Shown here piece after piece: positions 42,527-55,971 of a stretch of DNA of 64,000 nucleotides. This stretch comes from the human T2T-CHM13v2.0 reference genome, Homo sapiens. A program made the position numbers and the translations under genes. The notes beneath the pieces were generated by a model that had not been told where the DNA came from, did not search any database, and worked only from the letters and a program-made list of their open reading frames with translations. Within the stretch, counting starts at the first letter, position 1. Each line of letters opens with the position of its first letter. The stretch is from assembly GCF_009914755.1 (NCBI RefSeq), contig NC_060942.1; one strand, 5' to 3'.

Positions 42527-43854
42527 TGGATATTTTCAATATAATGTGATGGTAACAACAATAGTGACATATATACTTTGTGAACAAAAATTTGGGGGTT
42601 GCTTATCCAGACTCAGGGGATCAGGGATGGCTTCAAAATACCTACCTGAACAACAAAGGAATTAATGTCAGTTGATGAAGAAAAGGGGAAGACCAGTGTG
42701 GGCACAGAGAGCGCAAGAGTAAAGACACAGAAAAGGAAGCTGTAGAAGAAGCATCAGCAAAAATGGAGGACTGGGAAGGGAAAACCTGGAGGTGGAAAGG
42801 CCAGTGAGCAACTTGAACATCCATTTTGTTGGTCTGGAATGGACATGTAGGGGAATGGCAAGAAAGGGGCAGACAGGTCTAAACTTCTCTACTCTTCTTC
42901 CTTGAGAGGGACTTCAACACCTGTAGATGACCTTAGGGTTGGCTATTAAATCCATTGGGGTCATTGAAGAAGGAACAATATTCAAAGGAAATGTTAAGGA
43001 TACACGTGAACCCCTGGGGGCATAGGCCCTTTCTCTCATCTGTGTTTATCTACCCCCATGTAGAAGCCATACTAAGATCAAAATCAAAGATCCAACTGAG
43101 ACCCACTTTTCTGATGGTAGATCGTCTTCTCTGGGTTGCTTTCCTTTTGGTTTGTCTTCCTCTTGTCTTTCTTGGTGGCTGCTTTCTGCTGTTTTCTGCT
43201 ATCAGTCTTGATAATTGTCTTATTGGGTACAGCAAGAAACACTTGGGCAGAAACACCTCCCCCAAACAGAGCAATCTGGTGGAGTCTAGGGGAAAGTGGG
43301 TGGAATAAACTGTTTCAACTTTTAATCTAGGCCTAAATGTAGATACAAGAACTGATTTTCCAATATAGGTCAGCCAAGATCACTACGTAAGAGAATCCGT
43401 GGATATTTGGGACCTAGCTACTGGTGATATATGTGTAACAGGGCCTGGATCCTCATGCCCCACTCCTCCCAACACTCTTGAAAAAAAAAAAAAAGCAAAT
43501 TTTCCCTCCTTTTCCCCTAGGAGTGTTGGTTAACCTGGATAGGTCCATGTTCATTAGAAGAGCCAGAAAGAAGGCAGACGAAGTCATGTAGTTTTCATGG
43601 TGACAAGGTCTAAGCAATGGTTGTGTGATTATGTGGCTGGAGTGAAGAGGAAGTAAAGGTCATTGGATCTGAGGAGGTAAAAAAAAATGAACCAAAAAAA
43701 ACTATATCCAGTTAGGATGTTAAATGGGTTTCTCGTGTATAGTTACTGGAGTGGAGATGAAATCTGGTTTCCAATCACTACAGTCCTCATTAGATTTGTT
43801 AGAATCATCTGGGGAGAGTGCCAGGAAGGTTTAGGGAGGTAGGAAAATGGAACG

Positions 43855-44043
43855 TTTCAGCCTATTCCAGGCTGGATACTTTTTAAAAAACTGTAGGTGG
43901 TGGTCCTGTGCATTTGTAGGATATTTTTGCAGCATTCCTGGCCTCTACACATAGATGCCAGTAGCATCTTCCCCTCACCCTCATTTGTGACAACTACCCT
44001 CATTTGTGACAAGTATACAATATTGCCCTGGTTGAAAACTGCT
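43855..44043 (-). mobile_element. MER20 (hAT) fragment
   Basis: gcagcattcctggcctctacacatagatgccagtagca...tgtgacaact...ctggttgaaaactgct. Confidence 0.75.
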
Positions 44044-44045
44044 AA

Positions 44046-44431
<386 letters not shown>

Positions 44432-44727
44432 CTGTTATTTTTTTGAGAGGACGTCTCGCTCTGTCTCTGAAGCTGGAGTACAGTGGCGCAATCTTGGCTC
44501 ACTGCAACCTCCGCCTCCCGGGTTCAAACAATTCTCCCTGCCTCAGCCTCCCAAGTAGCTGGTATTACAGGCACTCGCCACCATACCCAGCTAATTTTTG
44601 TATTTTCAGTAGAGACAGGGTTTCGCCATGTTGGCCAGGCTGGTCTTGAACTCCAGGACTCAAGTGATCTGCCTGCCTCAGCCTCCCAAAGTGCTGGGAT
44701 TACAGGCATGAGGCCCCACGCCTGGCC
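44432..44727 (-). mobile_element. AluS
   Basis: Reverse-complement dimer; aatc(t/c)cactttt flanks the whole two-Alu block. Confidence 0.92.
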
Positions 44728-47351
44728 TCAATCCCACTTTTTACTTAAATTGAAGCTAGAAAATCTACTTCAGTTGTTTGTTAGTTTTTGGCGGGAGGGA
44801 AGTGTGGGCAGTTAACATCTGTATTCTAAGAGCTTAAGACATTTTACTAACTTGCAACTTGGGCTAGTAACTTTAATTAGACTCTCTAAATATCTGTACA
44901 ATGGACTAACATTTACTATAATAATGAAAGCAATGAAGGAAACTGAGAAAGGAAGGAGACAAATTAGACCAGAATGGTTTAAGTGCTCAAAATCTTAACT
45001 TTAGGGACAAATGTTGGGGTTGTAGGGGATGGATGAAGAGGGGAAGAAGAGCTCAGTTCTTGCTCATGGGTCATTTTGCTTCTCCTTGCGTAACGACTAA
45101 TATCTATCAGCTTAATCCTGAGTCTTTAAAAGGGTGCTCTGGCCCTCTTGAGGCTTCAGTTCATCCCTGCTTCTCACCATGTATTACTATGATCAGGGAT
45201 ATGAACATTAGACTATGGACCCTGCCCAAGCCCACTTGTGCATTACCTATAAAGATGCCAGGCATCCCTAGCTTTCAGAGTTAAGAAGATCTAACTTTAC
45301 TATCAGAACTTGAGTGATTTGCTGACAACAGCTCTGGTACAAACAGTTTTCAACAGCAGTTATTTTACTGAGCTAAACTTTCTTAACATATCAGATCATT
45401 ACTCTTAAGTACAAATACATAGTCTTAGTGAAGTAACGGGGCATAGCTTGTATTGGATTTTGATAGTTCTGGCATTTGGTTGAGCAGCAACTTGACCCTT
45501 AGTTAATTAGTCTGACAATTCCTGCTGGCTGTTTAATCAAAATACTGCAACTTTCAACTTCATCAGTAATTTAGTTCATTTGTCTTTATTATGATTCCAT
45601 GATTACTTCTGGTTAGAACACTAGTATTTTTGAGAATTGTAATGTTAGTGATGAATGGCCGTAATAACGTGTGTATGTAAAGAATATGCATTAATATATC
45701 TACAATAATATGTGCTTTTAAAATGAATTTCTTTGAAGGAAAGAAGATAGCTTTCTGTTCCTCTAATACTGAAACTATCTTTCCTATATTTTGATAATTT
45801 AAATTACCATCCAAGATAAGAAAACATTCAAAGAGGAGAAAACAGTTTCTTCCCCCAAATTGTTTTAATATTTTTGAAAATGATACAAATAACTTTATAC
45901 AAACTATAGAATTTTTGTAAAGAAACTCCATCAATCTATTTTCTTAACAAATCAGTCACATATTTTCCATGTTTTTTTCCAGTCTTGTTTGCATGCATAA
46001 CCAATTTTATATAGTTGCAATTACAGTGTAGACTCAATTTGTATTCTGCTTTTTTCACTTAGCATTATTCTTCCATAATAATTTAAAGAGAATTTTATTT
46101 ACAGTTATTTCAAATGTAGAGAATGTAATTTTCTGAACTGTACATAAGTGCTCAATTTAAATATTTTAATGGCTAACCCAAATTATCAAATGTGCTCTAG
46201 ATAAGGGTGCGTTATAGTTAATGCTTAACATTGCAGGAAGCAACTTGCATATACATTAGATTGAAGTCCAATGTTATATGCAAGTGGAAGTGAGGACATT
46301 AAAGGCTGGTTGTCTTTATGTATTTTGAAATTTTTCTCCAGTTAGATGTACTTCTAGAATTAGTGAGTCTGGCTGCTGAATTTTCATGCCCTGAACTAAT
46401 TCAGCCAGTTGTAAAATTGTACCTTTCTGCAGATGACTTAACATGTGCACCTCATTTATACTTGAACTTGCTATGATTCAGATAGCATTATCCTAAATGA
46501 TGTTAAGAAATTGTTCATTTTCTGTGTCAGCGAAAAATGAGGAAAGGCCAACTACATTTCGCCTGAAGAGAGTCATGTCAGAACAGACATCCTGGCAGAT
46601 ACAAAAATGCAAGTAAGATATTTTAACAGGGCATACTAAAACTAATGAACTGAGGACCAATATACACTTCTACATTGTATTAAAGTGGCATCTACTGAAT
46701 TTACAAATGTTAAAAGACATGCTTTATTAGTTGCTGTAGGAGTCCTGTTTCATTTAGTTTATCACTTAGTAAAATAAATTTGTTTTCCTTTTGTGTAATT
46801 TTTAACCCTTATTTTAAAATGTGGTTTGGGAAGATAGATTTTAAAAATTAATTGTTCCAAATATAAAATATTAAAAGAAAAATAGACTACCTATCTCTAG
46901 GTAGTCTATGTTTAAATAAACAGGAATATGTATTAAATAAACAGGAAATCTGAACAATACATTTTTTGCTTGATAAACTAGCCTCATGGGGCCTTTCTTG
47001 ATCAATGTTGTGCTTTAACCTAAAAAGCTAATATATACTTGGATATTTTTAAGTTATTGGGTTACTTGCAAGAGCTGGGGAATGCTACTTCCACTTAATT
47101 CACTGTCTATTAGGCCTTTGTTAACATATGGTGTCCAACTGTAATTTTTATATTTTCAGGGTGATTTCTTTTACCCAGAGAATTTAAGGAAGAGCAATAG
47201 AATTGATTAAAGTAATATTAATTGGAAGATTAAATCTGATTGAGGTATTTATCCCGAGGAGAAACTAAGATGGTTATTTATTATTTTCTTTAGGTGTATT
47301 GGTATTTAGGTGTATTGATAATTTCAATTGGTTACCTCAATTTTATTTAGA

Positions 47352-47540
47352 ACAGAGTTTCACAAAACATGGGCCCCAAATCAGCAGCATCAGCATCACC
47401 TGGGAAATTGTGAGAAATGCAAATTCTTAGGCCCCAAGGCCAACCTGTATCAGATCATATCTGCAAATAGGGCCCAGCAACTGTCTTTAACAAGCCATAC
47501 TGGTGATTCTGATGAAAAATAATGTTTGAGAACTAGTGTT
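47352..47540. mobile_element. MER5A (hAT-Charlie)
   Basis: cagcagcatcagcatcacctgggaaattgtgagaaatgcaaattcttaggcccc...tttgagaactagtg. Confidence 0.8.
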
Positions 47541-48429
47541 TTAGAAGTAGGCTGGGGGAAAAGAACAGATGATAGTAATAGAGATATCTTTTTTTTTTTT
47601 AAGAGGATGAATGAGTTTGCTTTAACCTCAAGAAGAACCTTTCAAAGTATTGTGGTTTTACTGTACCAGTATACTAAAGGAAGTTTCAGTATTTCTAGTC
47701 TTTTACTTACTTACGTGAGAAGCCAAGAACTGCTTTATTGAGTCAGACTCATTGTGTAATCAGACAAGACTGATTTATGGTCTGTATTTCCAGTCACGTG
47801 TACAGACAGGCAGGTTGGCTCTTGAGTCTGCCTCAAGTGGAAGGGGAACCATCTCCCAAAGAGCTTAATTAGTTCCATCATTACTTTATTGAAACATTAA
47901 CAAATTTGCATATTACTTTGTGTATTCTACTTAATTCCTTCCCCCAAGATACCTGAGGCTATGTATAATTTACATCCACTTGTTTTAGAAGAAGAATTCA
48001 GTCTGGGATTGTAAAGTTGAACCAGCTTTTTAAATTATTCCCCTCTTTCGATCCTGTAAGATAAAATGTAGAAGAGCTTTGAAAATGAAAAAGACACTAA
48101 TATTGAAATGTAAAGTAAAAATGTAGAAATGTTGTTAACCTTTTTATTTCTCAACATTTTCTTTTTAAAGCTTGGGAAGGTAATAGCGCAAAGACTTCCC
48201 AGTGCTCCTAGGTTTACCCATGAATAATGATTGTGTTTTCTGCAGCTACATCTAGGTTCTTATAATTAGAAGATGGGCACAGCTGGGCAGGCATTAGGTC
48301 ATTACATCCTCTAGATTGGGCCTACAGGTTGTAAACTCCTGGAGGACAAAGACTACATGCTGCTTCTCTATATTTGTGATATCTTGGGGTCCAATCTGAA
48401 TTGCAGCCGAGTTGCAGCTCAAGGAATGT

Positions 48430-48755
48430 TGTTACGGTTTGGATGTGTCCCCTCCAAGATTCAGGTGTTGCCAATGTGATAACATTGAGAGGTGGGGCCT
48501 TTAAGAAGAGATTAGGCAATAAGAGCCCTTCCCTTGTCAATGGCATTGAGGCCTTTATAAAAGAGGCTTCATAAAGCCTTAGCCCAGTTTGCTCTTTTGC
48601 TCCAGGGGGATGCAGCAAGAAGGACCTCCTCTTAGATCAACCAGATGATCCTTGAATTGAACTTTCCAACCTCCAGGACTATGACAAGATAAACTTCTAT
48701 TCTTTGTAAATTACCCAGTCTCAGGTATTCTGTTGTGGCAGCAAAAGGACAAACA
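48430..48755 (+). mobile_element. MST (MaLR) LTR
   Basis: tgttacggtttggatgtgtcccctccaa...aaattacccagtctcaggtattctgttgtggcagca. Confidence 0.82.
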
Positions 48756-49282
48756 TATTCTTTGTGAATGAGTTTGTAGTGCTTGAGGGGATTGAGGAAG
48801 GGCCTGCCTCTGACCACAGTATTTAAATTTAGAGTTGGCTCCCCAGCCTGGATTCTTTTCCTTGCTTTATTTTTTTCTTCAGGGCAATTAACACTTTCTA
48901 ATATTCCACATAACTTACTTATTTAGTTCATTGTTATTTATCTCAGTCTACCACAAGGAGAGAGTTTTTTTTTTTTTTTTTTTTTTTGCTTGTTTGGTTC
49001 CCTACTTTGTCTTCCCATAAGACCACCTAAAACAGAACCTGGAGCAAAGGAGGCAATCAATAAATAGCAACTGAATGAATGAAGAATTGCTGTCATGACA
49101 AACATTCATTCATTCATCCATTCATTCAAGAACCATTCTTGAAAGGCACGTAGTTGTAAGTGGTAATATAATGAATGGCAGACTTTGAGCACATTCTGAA
49201 TTAACAATTTAGTGTCATTCCATACCCGTTGTAGCTCTTACTGCATTTTATTCACCTGCACAGTCAAGGTGTCTAGCACAGC

Positions 49283-49376
49283 TAACTCAGAAAACGCTGG
49301 AGGCGGGGCCCACCCATCTGTGTTTTAACAAGCCCTTTAGGTGATTCTGATACCCTCTCAAGTTTGAGAACCACTG
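49283..49376. mobile_element. MER5A fragment
   Basis: atctgtgttttaacaagccctttaggtgattctgata...agtttgagaaccactg. Confidence 0.75.
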
Positions 49377-49507
49377 TGATTGAGGACTCAGTAGAGGACT
49401 CAGTTCTAAAGCTATCATGTGAGTACTTCTGAAAAAGAAACTTGGGGCTAGTGATATACTGGTAATTTAACCTGTTCATTTTATGGGGCATATAGTATTT
49501 CCAATAA

Positions 49508-49905
49508 TGTCACGCACGTCCGTGTGAAGAGACCACCAAACAGGCTTTGTGTGAGCAACAAGGCTGTTTATTTCACCTGGGTGCAGGCGGACTGAGTCCG
49601 AAAAGAGTCAGTGAAGGGAGATAGGGGTGGGGCCGTTTTATAGGATTTGGGTAGGTAGTGGAAAATTACAGTCAAAGGGGGTCGCTCTCTGGCGGGCAGG
49701 GGCGGGGGGAGGGGGGGTGGTCACAAGGTGCTCAGTTGGGGAGCTTCTGAGCCAGGAGAAGGAATTTCACAAGGTAATGTCATCAGTTAAGGCAGGAACC
49801 AGCCATTTTCACTTTTGTGATTCTTCAGTTACTTCAGGCTATCTGGATGTATAAGTGCAGGTCACAGTGGATATGATGGCTTAGGTTGGGCTCAGAGGCC
49901 TGACA
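49508..49905 (-). mobile_element. HERV-H LTR7-family solo LTR
   Basis: Minus strand reads TGTCAGGCCTCTGAGCCCAA...GGTCTCTTCACACGGACGTGCGTGACA; 5-bp TSD aataa (49503-49507, 49906-49910); TATAAAA (49642-49636) and AATAAA (49572-49567) present. Confidence 0.95.
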
Positions 49906-49941
49906 AATAACGAAGTATCAAGAACAGAAAAAAATAATTTG

Positions 49942-50677
<736 letters not shown>

Positions 50678-52464
50678 GTATTCATTAGGTGGAATAAAAT
50701 AACAAGCGGCTCATGTCTTAACAGTGAACAACTGTAGAATGTCAAAGTAGTTGCTTGAGTAACAAAAGCAGCAATTACGGAGAGCTAGACAGAAAAAAAA
50801 CCCTTTGAAATCTATTAAAAATCCATTAAACATTTTATGTGGTTAGTCATAATAAAAACAGATGATAGGTCTGTGATACTTATAGCGACTGAAACTGTAG
50901 CACAAGGGCCAGTTCTAAGGTAGGATGGGCAGATCCACTGGGGTTATATACCTAGGATTATTTGAAGGGTGGTAGGAAGACCCCTGTAATCTAAAATACC
51001 TCTATTGACAACATTAGTGAATTCTGTATCTGTTAATAAACACTTTGAAGTAGAGAAACATCTAGAGAGGGCTTGTTGTAATTAAGGCCTGAGCCAGTTC
51101 TTTGCTTCAACATAATTTATACATGAAATCCAGTTAAGATGAACTTGATTGATTGCCTGGAAGAAGAAAAGCCATAAACAGGGAAGTCTGAGGCACTATT
51201 TACTAGCAACATGACGCTTAGTTTTCTTTTCTGTAAAATCATTATTCTTACATCATAGAATTCTTATGTGAATTAAAAAATATAATGCCTCTAAAACACT
51301 GTTCTCAAAGCTTGGAACACTGTTAATTGTTCAATAAGTGCTACTTGCACTAATAAGTCATCTTCATTATTATTTATTAAGCCTAAAACTCTTTGAGAGA
51401 GATAAGTGGGAGTGCTACTGCCTTTGCTTTGTTGTTGGCGATGGATTTCAAAGGCTGGACATAGACAAATGGCTTTTACTTAGTACCATGGGCAACTATA
51501 TTCTTCCCCCAGCTGACTTCCTGAATATCAATGGACGTTGCGGAGGTGAGGAAGAAGAGCTCCATGAATAAGGAGTGCAAAAGATTCAGAAATGGAGGTA
51601 GTGATGGACAAATTTGAGTTGCTCCACAATTTTCCTGAGGATCAAAGCAGACTGTTAGCCTGTGAGTGGGTTCATGTTGGGTATCATCTTTGCACAGTGC
51701 CTGCCGCTCATTGGTGCCCACTGAATGTTTATTGAATGCATGAATTCTGACACTTCCTGGTGAGCCCTCGTGTTCTCAACCTGAAACCTGGGTGACCCCA
51801 ATTTCTGCCTTCAAGTCTCTGGGACTAAACATCATATATTAGGCTACTTTCTCTGAAGTCTTTCCTGAGACCTCCAAGATACAATTTGCCAACCTACCGC
51901 CCTTGGCCCTATATACTTTATGTTATCTATCACTTTTTATCACTAAAAATCATTCTCTTCATATGCTAGACTGTAAGCTCATTGAAGACAGGGGCCATAT
52001 TTTATTCACCTATGTATTTTCAAACCCTAGCATAGATCCTGGAGCAGAGAAGGTGTTTAATAAGTATTTATTTGCTTAATGAAAATGAATGATGAACAGT
52101 TTCAGTAGAGGTTTTAGTTGGGGAAGTTTTAGTCCATTGCGTTGAAAGGATCATTATATGCACTATGCAGTCCATAGGTTAAGGCAAAGTGGATGACTGG
52201 GAACTAGGGCTGAAGTCTTAGAAGGTGAGAGAGTTTCTTGTGTGTTGATTACCAGTGATGACAAGGGTAATAAGTAGAGAGAATGACCTTTTAAAGAAGA
52301 GAAGCAGAGAAAAAAATATGAAGGTCAAAATGAGAATAAGGAGGACTGTGTAGTGAACCATCATTCTATCCTCAAGGAATGTCAAAAAACAAACTGGAAG
52401 GAGGGTGATAGAGATCATGAGAGAGACTCTTCAAGGTCATCTATTTTCTCACACTCAAAATTTG

Positions 52465-52572
52465 TTTTTTTTTGTTGTTGTTATTCTTTTTTTCAGATGG
52501 AGTCTCACTCTGTTGCCCAGGGTGGAGTGCAGTGGCACGATCTCGGCTCACTGCAACCTCTGCCTCCTGAGT
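52465..52572 (-). mobile_element. Alu 3' fragment
   Basis: T-rich tail plus ~75 nt of right arm, breaking off at ctgcctcctgag. Confidence 0.88.
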
Positions 52573-52588
52573 AACATTTCTATATTTT

Positions 52589-52926
52589 GGTGGGGCACAG
52601 TGGCTCATGCCTATAGTCCCAACACTTTGGGATGCTGAAGAGGGTGGATTGCTTGAGCCCAGGAATTTGAGACCAGCCGGGAAACATGGCGAAATTCTCA
52701 TCTCTACCAAAAATACAAACATTAGCAGGGCATGGTGGGGCACACCTGCAGTCCCAGCTCCTGAGGAGGCTTAGTAGGGAGAATCGCTGAGCCCAGGAGG
52801 GCGAGGCTGCAGTGAGGCATCATTGCACCACTGCACTCCAGCCTGGGCAACAGAATGACACCCTGTCTCAAAACAAACCAAACCAAACCCCAACAAACAA
52901 ACAAAAAACAAACAAAACCAAAAAAC
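52589..52926 (+). mobile_element. Alu (AluJ-like)
   Basis: Dimer with (caaa)n tail; TSD ttctatatttt. Confidence 0.93.
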
Positions 52927-54168
52927 CAATTCTATATTTTAACCCATCTTTATCTCTTTCCCTCATGTTTCAAAGTAAGATGTGCTAGTCTCTTTTGAAG
53001 GGTGCTTTCTCACATGGGGTGTTAACCTTGTTCTCTCTTGTCTTGTTCATCAGTTACATACCTTCTTTCTTCCCTTCAATCTTATGTTCTATGCTTACTC
53101 TTTCTGCTTCCAACACATATGCCTAAGCCTTCCTTACTCTAAAATCATCCCTTCCTTTGACCTTGTTACCTCTTTTGAGCTTCTCTCTAAATCCTTGTTT
53201 CTTCTTCATTGCTAATCAGGTTGTCTACATTTGGGCCTCCATTTCGTCACCATTTATCCGATTTGGTGATGTTGCTGAAATTACTTAGCCATTATCAGCG
53301 ATCTTCTAGTCACAAAATATATTATTTCTTAGTGCTCAGTCCACTAAACCTCTCTGAAGCATCTCACACTGCTGACTTTTTGTCAAAATATGACCATCAG
53401 CGTTTCTAACTAAAATCTAATCTGTATGGTGGTTGATTAAACAAACAAATATTGAGAAGTTACTAAGGACCAGCACTATCCTAAGGAAAAAGTGGTGAGC
53501 AAAACCAGATGAGGTGCTTGGTCCTTGCTGGAAGTTCAAGCTTAATTGGTGGGTGAGACAGTCAGTTCATCCCACAAGTAATTAACATTGCAGTTATGAA
53601 AAGGGTGACCGAGCAATCCTCCAACAGGGAGATGTAACCTCATCAGAGAGGTCAGGCAAGGCTGCTCCTGTGGACAGTTTTTTACATGGAGATCTGAGGG
53701 ATGTCCCAGACTTAGCGTGGATAAGAGAAAAACAGAAGCGTGTTTAAGCAGAGGGAGCGACGTGTTTAGATTGTCTATGGCAGGAGGCAGTGTAAAGAGT
53801 ACACAGGACTGAAAAAAGGTCTGGTTGAATGGAGAGCACTCAGGAGTGCTGGGAGGGAGATGCAGTGGGAGAGGGATCACTGGAGCTTTATAAAGCATGT
53901 TGAGGAGTGAAGCAATAGGGAGCTATTGAAGGCTTTAAACAGGTGGATGGCAAAATTAGATTCAGGTTTTGAAAAGATTGTTCGGGCTACAGCAAAATAC
54001 ACTAGTGGGGAGGAGAATGGGTGGTATTTATCAGCCAGCTAAGGCTGAGGCTTACACATCCTGTAAGCAAGAGATGATGGTGCCTTGAACCAAACAAGTG
54101 GAAGTGAAGGATTAAATAAAATAATTGAACTAATAGAACTTGGTACACAAAGGCAATCAAGAAAAATT

Positions 54169-54498
54169 GGCTGAGTGCAGTGGCTCATGCCTGTAATCCC
54201 AGCACTTTGGGAGGCCAAATTGGGAAGACCACTTGAGTCCAGGAGTTTGAGACCAGCCTGGGCAGAAAAGTGAGACCTCATTTCTACCAACCCCACCCCC
54301 TCACCCCCACACACAAATTGTTTTAATTAGCTGGGCATGGTGATGCTAGCCTGTAGTCCTAGCTACCTGGAAGGCTGAGGCAGGAGGATTGCTTGAGCCC
54401 AGTAGTTGGAGGCTGCAGTAAGCTACGATCACACCATTGCACTCCAGCTTAGGTGACAGCAAGACCCTGTCTCTAAAAAAAAAAAACAATAAATAAAA
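54169..54498 (+). mobile_element. Alu (AluJ-like) with C-rich expanded linker
   Basis: Dimer; linker ccaaccccacccctcacccccacacac. Confidence 0.92.
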
Positions 54499-54745
54499 TG
54501 AATGTTCTATCAATTGGTAAATGGCTTCAGTTAGACGATACTGGCACAGCTGTGCTGCATTTGTAATATAGGTTCACAACTGTATTCTTTTTCTCCCTCC
54601 TTTGACATTTCCCCCTGTTTGACTTGCTTTTCAGCATGCTTCCCCATCTTCTCTCACAGCATTTATCATAGTACACTGCATTTACAGGTTTGCTTGTCTC
54701 CTCCAATAATCTGTAAGCTCCTTAAATATGAACAATGTATTACGT

Positions 54746-54895
54746 CAGTAGTTCCTAAACTTAAGGTTGGTAGGAATCACCTAGGGATTTTGTTAAAATG
54801 CATATTCTGACTCATTAGATGTTGAGTGGGATCTGATTCCTTCCTAATAAGACCCAGGTGACGCCAGTGCTGTTAGTCTAACGGGATTACTATCG
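54746..54895. mobile_element. MER5-like hAT fragment
   Basis: cagtagttcctaaactt...gaatcacctagggattttgttaaaatgcatattctg. Confidence 0.65.
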
Positions 54896-55669
54896 GTAGA
54901 AAAGTCTTTAACCAACTTTTTATTCCCAGTGCTTAGTAGAGTGTCTGGTACATAGCAGACTTTTTGACAAATGTCTGTTGAATAAATGGCCTATTCTACC
55001 TTGCCAAAGTCTTTGCTAATATTTCCTTTCATGTACCTAAATCCCAAGTTATGATTTTAACATCACCCTATATTTTTAGTTTTCCATGTCAATTTCTTAG
55101 CTCCTCAAGTTACTTTCTCCTGGACAGTTCACTTTCGTGTCATGCTGAAAACAATTTTGCAAATCCACCTCAACTACCACCATATTCTCCAAATACTTTC
55201 TCAAGTCTCCTCCTAGGAAATGATTTTTCTCTCCTTCTACTCAATTTTGCTTCTTCTTTTAAGAAGAGATAGAAAATGTGCCTGTTTTTCTATTTTTCTT
55301 AATGTTTTATGTTTACTTCCATTCAAATCTTGCTCGAAGTGCTACCCCTAACCCCAGAACCTCCATACTATACATACTTTAGGAGGAAGGGAATCTAAAT
55401 CTTTACTTTTTCTAATTACTGTATATGTAATAGGACCCAGTAAGTATTCATGGAACCAATGAATCAATGAACATAGGTGAGTGAGTCAAGGCAAATTTTG
55501 TGAAAAGAGGAAGGACCTTGGCTTCCCTTCTTGACTTTTCATATTTGAAGTATCTCAGGGAGAACTTGTAGCTATCATACATATCTTCCAAAGTCTAAAT
55601 AAGCCAGTAGGTTCCTGTGGAATTTAGATAGAGTGAGTGACAGGTTTTACCAATGATCTCCCAGCTTTT

Positions 55670-55971
55670 GGCCGGACACAATGGCTCATGCCTGTAATCC
55701 CAGCACTTTGGGAGGCCAAGGTGGTGGATCACCTGAGGTCAGGAGTTCGAGACCAGCCTGGCCCACGTGGTGAAACTCTGTCTGTACTAAAAATACAAAA
55801 ATTAGCCAGGTGTGGTGGCGGGCACCTGTAATCCCAGCTACTCAGGAGGATGAGACAGGAGAATCACTTGAAGCTGGGACGTGGAGGTTGCAATGAGCCA
55901 ATGTTGCGCCGTTGCACTCCAGCCTGGGTGACTACATCTCAAAAACAAAACAAAACAAAAAACAAAAAGAA
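55670..55971 (+). mobile_element. AluSx-like
   Basis: 18-bp TSD aatgatctcccagctttt at 55652-55669 and 55972-55989. Confidence 0.96.

Noticed and set aside
42955-43308. 117-aa ORF with a hydrophobic stretch
   Set aside because: Non-ATG start, low-complexity T-rich origin, no recognisable homology or exon context.
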